Below, in pieces: positions 8,885-17,736 of a stretch of 64,000 bases of DNA. Where the stretch lies: the IMG/VR virus record IMGVR_UViG_3300030098_005409, one strand, 5' to 3'. Each line of letters starts with the position of its first letter. The first letter of the stretch is position 1. The position numbers were made by a program, and so were the translations under genes. The notes below the pieces were generated by a model. The model saw only the letters and a program-made list of their open reading frames with translations. It searched no databases and was not told the origin of the DNA. The stretch is from a virus.

Positions 8885-9700
8885 TTACTCTTCGCTGTCC
8901 TGCTCTCTGAGCTTTCCGGATCTGCCTGCAAAGCCAGAAGAGGCTGAAGCCACATTTCCAACCCGCTTGTCCTTGTAGCCCATGCGTTCCTGATCTTTGT
9001 CGTATTGTTTTGACTTAAATTTAGCGTCACGCTCTTGTGCTGCGCGGCGCTTCTCATCTGGTGTCAGGCGCATGCTGTCTCGATATCGGCGCTCGCTCTC
9101 GCGGGCGCGACGGGCCATGGCCTCCGGTGAGCGTTCTTTCTCTCGGGCTGCGGCCTGGGCTTTGTCCATTTCCGCTCCTCTCTTCAAGCGCGCTGCGCGG
9201 CGAGCAGCGATCTTGGCTTCTTCTGCTTCGTACTCCTTGCGCTCCGCATCAGCTTGCTTACGGTACTCACGAGTCTTTCCAAGCTTGCGTCCCTTGGTGA
9301 TGTCCTTAAACGTGTCCTTTGCTCCCTGAACGAAGTCTTTGAATCCCTCTTCGATCTCTTGTTTTTGGGTCCATGCTGCCCAAATCTCTGGGTGGTCTTG
9401 CTTAAGAAACTGATGAATATCTTGTTTGCCCGGAGGATTCGTGGCAACGTTGGATCGGTCGATTGTACGCGGATCTCGCGAGTGTGCCCTAGGGTCTTTC
9501 TCAAACGCGAGACGCTCTTCACCAGACGCGTCAAGATCTGCGGCATCGAGTTCTTTCGCGCGGAGGCGTCCCGAATCATCGTAGGAGAAAATTCCCTCTT
9601 CAAGATCCTCTTCAAGTTGGGAACCATCATCATTGCGATTCACTGTCTCGTTCAAGAAATACCTTGGGTCTATTCGTTTTACATTTTTTCTGCGTGTCAT
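8885..9700 (-). CDS. Highly charged hypothetical protein, putative internal head protein (271 aa)
   Basis: DPRYFLNE N-terminus, LEE/IEE-G motifs, Arg/Glu/Ala-rich helical C-terminal half. Confidence 0.6.
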   Translation of the reverse strand: MTRRKNVKRIDPRYFLNETVNRNDDGSQLEEDLEEGIFSYDDSGRLRAKELDAADLDASGEERLAFEKDPRAHSRDPRTIDRSNVATNPPGKQDIHQFLKQDHPEIWAAWTQKQEIEEGFKDFVQGAKDTFKDITKGRKLGKTREYRKQADAERKEYEAEEAKIAARRAARLKRGAEMDKAQAAAREKERSPEAMARRARESERRYRDSMRLTPDEKRRAAQERDAKFKSKQYDKDQERMGYKDKRVGNVASASSGFAGRSGKLREQDSEE

Positions 9701-9732
9701 TGTTTTGGTTCCCTTAAGTTTAAAAAGTTTAA

Positions 9733-9754
9733 CGTGGGGGCTTTCGCCCCCACG
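9733..9754 (-). terminator. GAAA-tetraloop hairpin, probable terminator or processing site
   Basis: Perfect 9-bp stem CGTGGGGGC-GAAA-GCCCCCACG followed by TTAAACTTTTT. Confidence 0.7.
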
Positions 9755-9759
9755 GATAG

Positions 9760-9810
9760 TCAGCTACCGGAGCAGCAGCGGCGCACGGGCTGGATTTGCC
9801 ACTTTTTCAT
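9760..9810 (-). CDS. 16-aa micropeptide MKKWQIQPVRRCCSGS
   Basis: Very strong SD (GGGAGGTGA) and ATGA overlap with the stop of the 105-aa gene; followed by a hairpin. Confidence 0.6.
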   Translation of the reverse strand: MKKWQIQPVRRCCSGS

Positions 9811-10124
9811 GATTCACCTCCCTTATGGACCAGTTTGATCCCGAAATCATTTACCAACATACTCAAAAAGTATGAAGTTCCAGCACTAATACACCCATAT
9901 AGAAATGCATCTACGAGCGTATAGTCAAAGTTAAATAGTTCTGTATAAGGACTTATGCCCCACAGAAACACTCCAACCCAAAATCCCATACACAGATGGC
10001 AGTGGAACAAACGACCAAATCCCCACATTGATTTGCAGGGTGGTCGGATCTTATTAAAGATGTGTCCGTGAATAATAATAAAAGTCATGCCGTAAGCGGC
10101 AAGTATAAAATGTAGTAGTTCCAT
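9807..10124 (-). CDS. Small multi-pass membrane protein with CxxC (DUF1360-like, 105 aa)
   Basis: Three hydrophobic segments; LFHCHLCMGFWVG motif. Confidence 0.55.
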   Translation of the reverse strand: MELLHFILAAYGMTFIIIHGHIFNKIRPPCKSMWGFGRLFHCHLCMGFWVGVFLWGISPYTELFNFDYTLVDAFLYGCISAGTSYFLSMLVNDFGIKLVHKGGES

Positions 10125-10127
10125 TAT

Positions 10128-10847
10128 TTAAAGCTGCTTTCCGATTGCTGCGCCGGCTTGCTTCTTTCTTGCAGCTTTTTTGATCGCTTTAAAATCTGCT
10201 GAGGTGCCACTTCCAGCAATCCCCGGAGCAGTATGTCCGGTCAGTTGGCGTCCATATTCCGATTCTAAAAATTTAACAAGATTTAAATTAACATCTAAAT
10301 CAGCTGCTTCTACCTCTTCGTCATCAGGCTTTGCATCTATTTGCGAAAGCCACCATTTTAGATATTCTTCTTCAATCCTATCATCAATTATTTCTGCGTA
10401 TTTAGGATCCAGATTAAAAAGATCAAGGAAAGGAACTTTATCAGTTTTCTCCGTGGGCTCTCCTCTTAATTTATTAAAAAGCTTTTTACCAAGACCAACA
10501 AGCTTAACGCCCGAACTAACAGCGCCCAAAGCGCTAAGGACGTGGGGGGCGGCGCCGATGAGCGCCCCAATAGTTAGCAGTTCCTCCGACAATAAAAATT
10601 TCTCTTTTTCTTCCCCTTCGCTGACAGCCGAAGCAACAGCTTTAGCTATATCTTTAGCAATTCCACTATCAACAACACCAAGTATACCAGATGCAGCCGC
10701 GAGTGCATCACCAGTAAGACCTTGTTTGATTCCCGTCATTAGCTTTAAAATACTTTTTAAAAGTCCGTATGTTACAGGATCATTTCCAGAGATCTCATTT
10801 AATTGGAAGTTACGCCAGTTCTCCATTATAAGTTTCATATCAGACAT
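10128..10847 (-). CDS. Hypothetical protein, putative internal head protein (239 aa)
   Basis: N-terminal MKLIMENWRNFQLNE resembles that of the 360-aa ORF at 22834. Confidence 0.6.
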   Translation of the reverse strand: MSDMKLIMENWRNFQLNEISGNDPVTYGLLKSILKLMTGIKQGLTGDALAAASGILGVVDSGIAKDIAKAVASAVSEGEEKEKFLLSEELLTIGALIGAAPHVLSALGAVSSGVKLVGLGKKLFNKLRGEPTEKTDKVPFLDLFNLDPKYAEIIDDRIEEEYLKWWLSQIDAKPDDEEVEAADLDVNLNLVKFLESEYGRQLTGHTAPGIAGSGTSADFKAIKKAARKKQAGAAIGKQL

Positions 10848-10850
10848 AAC

Positions 10851-11357
10851 TTAGTACCGGTTGCGTAGTGGGTAATAGTAGTAGCCAGGACGCATAGAGC
10901 CCTTCTCGGCATACTGTGGGACCTCGCCGTATTCGGTGGAGTCGCGGTCGGACGGATGCGTATACATATCTTCCAACTCTTTCTCGTACTCGTCGGCAAT
11001 GCGCTCGTGCTCTGCCTCGTATTGAATAAACTCAGCGATTACATAAGTGGCTGCCTGTAAAGGATTAATCTCATCGTTTTCAAAAATCTTTCCCTCTAAT
11101 GAGCGAAATACATTTCCACCCTGAATGCTGGAACGATCAATAATTCCTTTATCTGCCAGCAACTCTAGTAGACGATCCTGATAATCATAGACATCATCTG
11201 AGATGGTTGTCTTGGGCATCGTTGTAATTTTCATTTGCTTCGGCATCACAGCAATGTCGATCTTGTTGTGATCCATAATAAGAAGCGAACCATCAAGCGC
11301 TTTGCGCGCTTTAAGTTCTACTGTGGCCTGTGGGCCGCCGATCTTAATGCTAATCAT
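10851..11357 (-). CDS. Hypothetical head-module protein (168 aa)
   Basis: Coupled ORF between the 270-aa and 239-aa genes; IQGGNV..SLEG and STEYGEVPQ..EKGS segments. Confidence 0.65.
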   Translation of the reverse strand: MISIKIGGPQATVELKARKALDGSLLIMDHNKIDIAVMPKQMKITTMPKTTISDDVYDYQDRLLELLADKGIIDRSSIQGGNVFRSLEGKIFENDEINPLQAATYVIAEFIQYEAEHERIADEYEKELEDMYTHPSDRDSTEYGEVPQYAEKGSMRPGYYYYPLRNRY

Positions 11358-12162
11358 TTTGAGTTAATTCCTGTACAAGCTCTTGTGTCTTAAGAATCTT
11401 GTTTAGATCTTTATCCGCAAACTCGCGCTTACGGAACTCTTCAAGATATTCAGATACTTCACTTAGTTTTTGCGAAATGAAGGGCTCGTCTGTATTTTGA
11501 CTCGCGTCACTAATTAAGCCCTTAAGCCTTTCCAATTCTTCGTTCAAGTAAATACGAAGCTCAAACCCATCATCTGCAAAGCTTGTGATATACTGATTGA
11601 GCAGATCTTTCTGCTCCTTGAGGAGATTTGTGTACTTTTCATTAAACTTCTTAATAAAAGAGTTATAGGTAAGATTATCTAGAGAATCCATCTTGTTTGA
11701 CTCGGCAAGTGTTTGCTCGGCACTCATCGCATCAACGATTGACTGTTCAAACAGAACTTTGCTTTTTACAGGAGTCTTGGTGTTAAAAATAGCATTGATG
11801 GAGGCAAGTGATTTAAAATTCGGGACAAAGTTAGACCAGACATCTTTGCCTAGTTGTTTGTTCATTGCAGCAATCATTTGTGACTGAGCATCGAATACCT
11901 CACCGGAGTCCAGCTTAGAATAAGCAAGCTTTGTTTCCTGAAGCATTCTTTCAGCTACGCTAGCCTGAATGTTTCTCGTCTCAAGCAAAGTCTTGTAGAG
12001 AGTAAGTTCTTTGGCGAGAGTTGTATCGTTGCCAAAACCTTCCTTGATAATCTCAAGAACAACTTTCTTTTTGTTGTCGTTCTTATCAACGATTGCCTTT
12101 GTCAGTTCTCTTGTAAGCGTTTCATAAATAAAGGCTGTATTTCTTTTTTTATTATGCTTCAT
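11350..12162 (-). CDS. Helical protein downstream of the portal, candidate prohead core/scaffold (270 aa)
   Basis: MKHNKKRNT N-terminus; Lys/Glu/Leu-rich; position between portal and prohead protease as for T4 core genes (function inferred). Confidence 0.55.
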   Translation of the reverse strand: MKHNKKRNTAFIYETLTRELTKAIVDKNDNKKKVVLEIIKEGFGNDTTLAKELTLYKTLLETRNIQASVAERMLQETKLAYSKLDSGEVFDAQSQMIAAMNKQLGKDVWSNFVPNFKSLASINAIFNTKTPVKSKVLFEQSIVDAMSAEQTLAESNKMDSLDNLTYNSFIKKFNEKYTNLLKEQKDLLNQYITSFADDGFELRIYLNEELERLKGLISDASQNTDEPFISQKLSEVSEYLEEFRKREFADKDLNKILKTQELVQELTQND

Positions 12163-14113
12163 TTTTGTCTTCCTCTTTATTTTCCATTTGCTCTACTAAC
12201 ATACGAACTTTATTGGTGTTCTCAAAAAGTGTCTTCTCATCCTTAGTATAAGTAGGTTTGACATTCTCTTCTAGACCAACAAGCGATCTAAAGTCAGGAA
12301 CCCCTACCTTACCGGGATGTACAGTTCTGGAGGTCGTGCCCATCTCAGGTCCGCGAACCATGCGCTTTAATTCTCTTTTCATCGGTCCCTGGGAGTGTCT
12401 CGTTGAGGATCCTCTTCTTTTGTCGACATCGACAGGCTTGTAGGGGGCTCCCTCGTGTCTTGTGGGCTTGTCTTCTCTACGGCCCGGGGTTGCCAATAAA
12501 ACATCATCCTCGCCGCCTCCAGCGCCTGCATCGGCGCCTCCAAGATCGTCACCGCCCAAGTCCAAATCACCGCCGAGATCACCGCCGAGATCACCGCCTA
12601 GGTCGCCTCCAAGATCTCCACCGAGATCTCCTTCTTCACCGCCAAGCTCGGCGCCTTCGTCAACAACGCCTTCTAGGGCTTGCTGGTATTTGCGATCATA
12701 AAAAGTCTCACGCTGGTTGCGTAGGAACTCAGAGTCCGACATTCCAAGAATGTTGGAAGCAACCCAGCGCTTTGAGAATGTGCCTTCAGGAACTGACGTA
12801 GCAGTCTCAAACTTTGTCTTCATATACTCAAGCTGCTGTAGCTCGGCAAGACGTGAAGGATTATTCAAAGTAATCTTAAATCCTAAAAGGTCTTGACCTC
12901 TGAAGCCTAATGTGTAAAGATGCACTATCGCCATCTTCTCCAATTCGGAAACCAACGATCTTTGAAGTCTATGAATAGTTCTTGCAAAACGGATATCCTT
13001 CTGTGCTAGGGTAGTCTTATCTTCTGTGCCACCTTCAAGGTTAGTAAGATAAGACTGTGGAATCTTGATTGCTGCGAACAACTTATCGCGAAGATACTTA
13101 ACGTCCTCAATGTCGTCCAAAGACTTGGCGCCAGGAAGTGATGTGATCTCCGATCCAACGCCACCACGCATCGGAATAAAGTAATCTTCTTCAAGAGATA
13201 GCGGATTGTAGCGAAGATCCACCCGACCAGTCGTAGCATTAACAAGAGAGTTACGCTTCATCTCCGACTTGACTTTTTCCATATATTGTGGTATGTCTTG
13301 TGGCGGAATGTTGCCGACGTCAATCTTAAATACTCGACGCTCTGGCGCACGAACAACACGATAAGCAATCATCGCGTCTTCTAGAAGTGTAAGCTGTCGC
13401 CAGATGCGTCGAGCAGGATCGAGCACGGATGTACCGTATGGGCTATACTTATCGTTGCCAAGAATGCGGAAGTGTGCTACCTGCCAATTCTCGAAAGTCA
13501 TTCCAGCGCCGTTCCACTGATACTGAACGTAGTTTGGATTAGTCTGATCCTGTCCCTCCAGTCTTTCAACCTCATTGTTTGGCATACCAATAAGAGATGT
13601 AATGCCGAGCTTGTCGTCAATATCCATATACAAGAAGAAGTCTCCGTACTTACACATTGAACGAGCCCACCCAAAGCAGTTAAATTCAATGTTAAGAACG
13701 TCATAAAAGAGTGATTCTAGAATTGTTTTGATTTCATGGTTAAGGCAGTCAATGTTCAGAAGACGATCGTACTCGTTTGATGTGGTCATCTCGTCGGCAT
13801 AGATATCAAGAGCAGTAGCAATCTCAGGCATGTACTCCATCTGCTCAAAGTCGATATATCTTTCAGCGCGATTCTGATTACGGAAAGCTGCTGATGTAAA
13901 AAGGTTGTAGTTCTGAGACATGTTTGAATCGTGTCTCTTGAACTCCTGTCCTGACATTGAGCGGAAACGATAGCGATACTTATCTAGATCTGCCCTTCTT
14001 TCCTGCCTACCGACTTGTGTGCGGTAGTTAACGACCGGGCCAGATAAGAGTCTGGTTAGTCTTTTGAACAGCGGTGACGCTGGATTTCTTGGGTTGTTAT
14101 CGTTCTTAGCCAT
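12152..14113 (-). CDS. Portal protein (T4 gp20-like, 653 aa)
   Basis: YRVVRAPERRVFKIDVGN-x-P, EEDYFIP-x-R, GSEITSLPG, DIEDVKY..KLF, IRFAR..RLQ motifs. Confidence 0.95.
   Translation of the reverse strand: MAKNDNNPRNPASPLFKRLTRLLSGPVVNYRTQVGRQERRADLDKYRYRFRSMSGQEFKRHDSNMSQNYNLFTSAAFRNQNRAERYIDFEQMEYMPEIATALDIYADEMTTSNEYDRLLNIDCLNHEIKTILESLFYDVLNIEFNCFGWARSMCKYGDFFLYMDIDDKLGITSLIGMPNNEVERLEGQDQTNPNYVQYQWNGAGMTFENWQVAHFRILGNDKYSPYGTSVLDPARRIWRQLTLLEDAMIAYRVVRAPERRVFKIDVGNIPPQDIPQYMEKVKSEMKRNSLVNATTGRVDLRYNPLSLEEDYFIPMRGGVGSEITSLPGAKSLDDIEDVKYLRDKLFAAIKIPQSYLTNLEGGTEDKTTLAQKDIRFARTIHRLQRSLVSELEKMAIVHLYTLGFRGQDLLGFKITLNNPSRLAELQQLEYMKTKFETATSVPEGTFSKRWVASNILGMSDSEFLRNQRETFYDRKYQQALEGVVDEGAELGGEEGDLGGDLGGDLGGDLGGDLGGDLDLGGDDLGGADAGAGGGEDDVLLATPGRREDKPTRHEGAPYKPVDVDKRRGSSTRHSQGPMKRELKRMVRGPEMGTTSRTVHPGKVGVPDFRSLVGLEENVKPTYTKDEKTLFENTNKVRMLVEQMENKEEDKNEA
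12536..12650 (-). repeat. 12-bp-period coding repeat giving (GGDL)n in the portal C-terminal tail
   Basis: GGDLGGDLGGDLGGDLGGDLDLGGDDLGG; DNA ccgccgagatca units. Confidence 0.85.
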
Positions 14114-14121
14114 GTTTTATC

Positions 14122-15705
14122 CTAGCCCTTTAATAGTCCTATGTATTTCTGCTGAAAGTCTACTGCCTGTTTAGCTCTTTCAGATTCTTTTGTTATTTTG
14201 TGTCCCTGCATCCCAGGGATTGTTGTAGCAATAGATGTTTTTGCCGTGCTTATCGCAGACAAAAAAGACTTACTATATTCTACGTTCTTTTGACTTTCTA
14301 CAATCACTGTATCTCTCACCCAACACCCAATAGCAAACGACATTGTTAGATCGTCGTTATAGCTTCTCATTGCCTGTGGTCTTCCGTGATGCCAAATAAA
14401 TGTTTTCATTTCGGAAAGCAAACGATTTGAGTTAATTGTAATTAGTTTATTTCTCATAAACTCTTCCATTTTCGCGACGATCAAAGGTCTTGTTTTGGAA
14501 GAAGTTGTAAAGCCGGGTATTACGTTTGATTGCCATTGTGCTGTCAGGGGATCCACATACTGGTGGTCTGTCTTAGTTGCATAGTATAGGTTAGGGTACC
14601 CTTTATCTATCAATTTTTTAAGTACTGCGAAGCCAATATTGTTGTTTTCTATCACCAACATAGGATTACCATACTCAGCTGCCACGTTAGAAAGAATATC
14701 AGCAAAGTCATCCGGAGTTGGCTTGCCCACATATTCAGCGACTTGTTCAAGATTTTGCAGTTCTATAATGTGGAAAGCGCTGTTGTCTTTGCCGTCACCG
14801 CGAGCAACATCGGCTACTATCAAGTAAGGAAGTTCTGGATTGTATTGTTTCCAGATCCAATAGTTTCTATCAAACCCCGTGCGGTATTCGGGTGCTGTTA
14901 TTTTTTCTAGATACCACTGAAGGTCATCGGGATGGACAACAGTTTCACCGGAAACGTTGAAGTTGCACTCAAGCTCCTGAGCAATCTGTCGCTTGGACAT
15001 ATTTTTGGTTTCTTTTTCAAACCATTTCTTGTCGCGTTCTGGATGGACATCCCACAACAATGTAGTCATGTGGAAATCATTTGTGCCGGCTTCAGCCTCA
15101 ACACAGTTCTGGTGGAACCAATTACCCACACCGTTGGGTGTGGATAAGGCGATACATCTCCCACCTGTAGATAGTGTAGGGTAAAGTGCTGTCCACAGAT
15201 CTTCTAACTTTTCAACGTGAGCGGCCTCATCGATAATTAGAAGCGACAGAGCTTCTGAACGACCAGCGTCCCCTGATGTAGACGAGCCCTTAATCTGCGA
15301 TCCGTTAGAAAGTTCAAACGATGTTCTGTTATCAACAGTGATGTCAGAGATCTGCATCCACTTTGGCAGATTCTTGATAATGGCCTTAACCTTTTTAACA
15401 AGGTTTGTTGCTGTCTGCAGCTTTGTCGCGACAACAAGAATGTTCTTATCTTTATGGAACAACATCAGCCACGCAACATAGGCGGCACTAATAGTAGAAA
15501 TGCCCAACTGTCGGGCTTTTAGGATAATATTAAAACGATAATCGCGGAAGTCTTTTAGCAGTTCCTGCTGATAATCAAACGCCTTGAAAGGAATCAAGCC
15601 TTTCTGCGGGTGGGAGATTCGACAATAGCTTGTAGTAAAATAAACCGGGTCTTTGCCGGCCTTAACAATCTCTTTTAGTATCTCTTGCTTTGTAAGAGCG
15701 GCCAT
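14122..15705 (-). CDS. terL: Terminase large subunit (T4 gp17-like)
   Basis: LKARQLGIST Walker A, LIIDEAAH Walker B, LSTPNG coupling motif, IVADVARGDG-x-D nuclease motif, DDLTMS. Confidence 0.95.
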   Translation of the reverse strand: MAALTKQEILKEIVKAGKDPVYFTTSYCRISHPQKGLIPFKAFDYQQELLKDFRDYRFNIILKARQLGISTISAAYVAWLMLFHKDKNILVVATKLQTATNLVKKVKAIIKNLPKWMQISDITVDNRTSFELSNGSQIKGSSTSGDAGRSEALSLLIIDEAAHVEKLEDLWTALYPTLSTGGRCIALSTPNGVGNWFHQNCVEAEAGTNDFHMTTLLWDVHPERDKKWFEKETKNMSKRQIAQELECNFNVSGETVVHPDDLQWYLEKITAPEYRTGFDRNYWIWKQYNPELPYLIVADVARGDGKDNSAFHIIELQNLEQVAEYVGKPTPDDFADILSNVAAEYGNPMLVIENNNIGFAVLKKLIDKGYPNLYYATKTDHQYVDPLTAQWQSNVIPGFTTSSKTRPLIVAKMEEFMRNKLITINSNRLLSEMKTFIWHHGRPQAMRSYNDDLTMSFAIGCWVRDTVIVESQKNVEYSKSFLSAISTAKTSIATTIPGMQGHKITKESERAKQAVDFQQKYIGLLKG

Positions 15706-15706
15706 A

Positions 15707-16249
15707 TTAGACCTTCACATTTGAAGGCTTTTTGGCTTTGTCTCTCCCTAGTGCAAGAAAATCTCTGACTGCTTTATCAAGGCGGTCTTCGTCTGAGCCA
15801 CCGTTTACCTCAACAACATCAGTCAAGCCGCCGATGCGGTAATCACAATGAGCCTGAACGTCGGTGCGGTAATTAGAAATACGCTGCACGAGAACATATG
15901 GCTCACCTTCCTTTGTCAAGGTTAGTGTATCACCCGTGACGGCTTTGTATTCTTTCTTTAGGAAGTTAGCAATATCTTGTAGACGCTGCTCTATCTCACC
16001 TTCAAAGCCTTTGTCTTGGACTTCTTTTAGTCTTGTCTCTGCCTGATAGTTAATTCTTAGAATTGGACCGTGGAACTTGACGCCAAAACCATCCATAACG
16101 CGTCGGTCGTGAATATAATGACCGTCTTCTCTTTCGAGCCCTGCTGTGCGGGCCTTGCCGTCAGCCGCGAGAGTCGCATCATGCGCTCCGTCATAGGCAT
16201 TAGCTGCCGCTTGGTTGATTCCTTTTACAATGTCGTATACTGAAGCCAT
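15707..16249 (-). CDS. Hypothetical protein upstream of the terminase (180 aa)
   Basis: Tightly packed ORF in the operon; no recognised motif. Confidence 0.6.
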   Translation of the reverse strand: MASVYDIVKGINQAAANAYDGAHDATLAADGKARTAGLEREDGHYIHDRRVMDGFGVKFHGPILRINYQAETRLKEVQDKGFEGEIEQRLQDIANFLKKEYKAVTGDTLTLTKEGEPYVLVQRISNYRTDVQAHCDYRIGGLTDVVEVNGGSDEDRLDKAVRDFLALGRDKAKKPSNVKV

Positions 16250-16250
16250 T

Positions 16251-16637
16251 TTATTGTTCCTTATTCGGTCTCCACCCGTTTATCCATCTCTCTTCTCTCC
16301 CACCTTCGATATATTGAACATAACATTTAAAGCAAGCTTGAAATTTGTTCATATACAAATCATCGCGTGGATGAAAAGAATATTTGGAGCAAACAGGACA
16401 AGTCCTATTATGATCTCTATTAAGTAGTTTTTTGTTTATTAAAAATCCATCTGCTTCTATTTTGTCTTGAGATTCGGCATTCTTGGCAAACTTTTGTTGT
16501 TCTTCTACTGACTGTTGCAGATATTCTTTTTCTTTATCCTCGTCCCAAAAACGTTGCGGATTGTGAGTTGCCTCTTCACCATATTTCTGCGAAATAGCTT
16601 TCTCTAATCTGGCAACATAATCTTGTTTGTCACTCAC
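16251..16637 (-). CDS. Hypothetical protein with C4 zinc finger (128 aa)
   Basis: CPVC...CFKC. Confidence 0.6.
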   Translation of the reverse strand: MSDKQDYVARLEKAISQKYGEEATHNPQRFWDEDKEKEYLQQSVEEQQKFAKNAESQDKIEADGFLINKKLLNRDHNRTCPVCSKYSFHPRDDLYMNKFQACFKCYVQYIEGGREERWINGWRPNKEQ

Positions 16638-17098
16638 TGATTTACAATCTCCGTTGAAAGCGCAAAAATTCCTAATGAAGTTAGGGTGCCAATACCAAAT
16701 CCTAGGGCAACCATAAAAGGCTCCATCCCAGGGCTTTGCTTGGTCACTAACTCCATTAGACGATCATTCTCGGCGGCCTTCAATATCATCATAGACTCAT
16801 ACTTATCTTTCCAAGATTGAATCTCTATATCCTTATAATCAAGCCGCAAACTAAAGTTTTCTTCTTGAAGCTTTAGTTCGTACTCAACCCGAACTTCGCA
16901 CTCTACATCAGAAAATCTTTTTTCGTTCAGAACCTTTGCCGCGGCATCAAGCGACAATAGTATGCCGTCAAACGGCACAATGTCGCCAGCCTCTATGGGC
17001 AATACAACATAGTCTGGGTCTGGTGTTTCTTCTGCTAAGGCAAATGTTGGTGTTAGCATTGCTAATGCCACAAAGACGCTTAATATTTTTTTAGCCAT
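16634..17098 (-). CDS. Exported coiled-coil protein with C-terminal hydrophobic anchor (spanin-like, tentative)
   Basis: Signal peptide MAKKILSVFVALAMLTPTFALA; C-terminal VALGFGIGTLTSLGIFAL. Confidence 0.5.
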   Translation of the reverse strand: MAKKILSVFVALAMLTPTFALAEETPDPDYVVLPIEAGDIVPFDGILLSLDAAAKVLNEKRFSDVECEVRVEYELKLQEENFSLRLDYKDIEIQSWKDKYESMMILKAAENDRLMELVTKQSPGMEPFMVALGFGIGTLTSLGIFALSTEIVNQ

Positions 17099-17498
17099 TT
17101 TCTAGTCCAAAAGCGTTGGCTATTTGTTTTGCCAACTTCTCTGGATCATTATACCCTTCGTCTACAATCTTTTTAAGTTCTGCTTCTTTTTCTTTACTGA
17201 GGCTGTCACCTCTCGCTTCTAGTTCCCGCCTAAGTTCTTCTTTCCTTTTAAGATGTTCCTCAAGCCTAAGGTTCTTTTCAGCTACCTCTGTGTTATGGAT
17301 GTGCGACAGCGTTTCCATCTCTTGATCGTGCTGGTTCCTTTTAGCATCAAGTAAGTCTATAACCCGTGTTAACAGCACACCATTGCGCAGCAACGCAGAC
17401 GCCATGCAAGCTCCTACGAATAGCAAGACTATAACGATCATCCACCAAAACTTTTTAGCCCATAGCCAAGCTTGTTTAGCAAATAATTTTATCTTCAT
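17091..17498 (-). CDS. N-terminally anchored coiled-coil protein (i-spanin-like, tentative)
   Basis: Basic N-terminus, one TM ending in VGAC, long charged helix. Confidence 0.5.
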   Translation of the reverse strand: MKIKLFAKQAWLWAKKFWWMIVIVLLFVGACMASALLRNGVLLTRVIDLLDAKRNQHDQEMETLSHIHNTEVAEKNLRLEEHLKRKEELRRELEARGDSLSKEKEAELKKIVDEGYNDPEKLAKQIANAFGLENG

Positions 17499-17698
17499 CG
17501 GTCACCATATCCTTTTAGTTTTGTAACGGCATCAATAACAGTTTGACCGCCGATATACACTGTAGTGATTATAACCCAGTCAGCAGACTGTAAATCAGAA
17601 AACAGCAGCAGCCCGGTGGCGGTTGCCCACGCCAACAACTTTCTGGACACTAGCTTGTCCAAGCCTCTATCTATTATGTGTCGCATTTTTTTAGTCAT
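17495..17698 (-). CDS. Small two-TM membrane protein (holin-like)
   Basis: 67 aa; SRKL-TM1, W..IT..YIGGQ..ID-TM2, basic termini. Confidence 0.55.
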   Translation of the reverse strand: MTKKMRHIIDRGLDKLVSRKLLAWATATGLLLFSDLQSADWVIITTVYIGGQTVIDAVTKLKGYGDR

Positions 17699-17713
17699 CG
17701 AATTTACTCCTAC

Positions 17714-17724
17714 TATAAATAGGT
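17714..17724. promoter_or_regulatory. Quasi-palindromic element between divergent genes (plus TATAAATA, minus ACCTATTTAT)
   Basis: CTATAAATAG / CTATTTATAG in a 38-bp gap between the holin-like start (17698) and J-protein start (17737). Confidence 0.5.
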
Positions 17725-17736
17725 TCTTGTATCATT

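Noticed and set aside
9000-9260. GC-rich patch as a foreign insertion
   Set aside because: Explained by Arg/Ala/Glu codons of a charged helix within a continuous ORF; no boundary repeats or mobility genes.
9697-9810. Selenocysteine readthrough of the RRCCSGS-UGA peptide using the downstream hairpin as SECIS
   Set aside because: The hairpin is a perfect GC stem with GAAA loop followed by a U-rich tract, matching the terminator at 1200-1230; the readthrough frame ending at the next ATGA has a one-in-three chance; no Sec machinery in the window.
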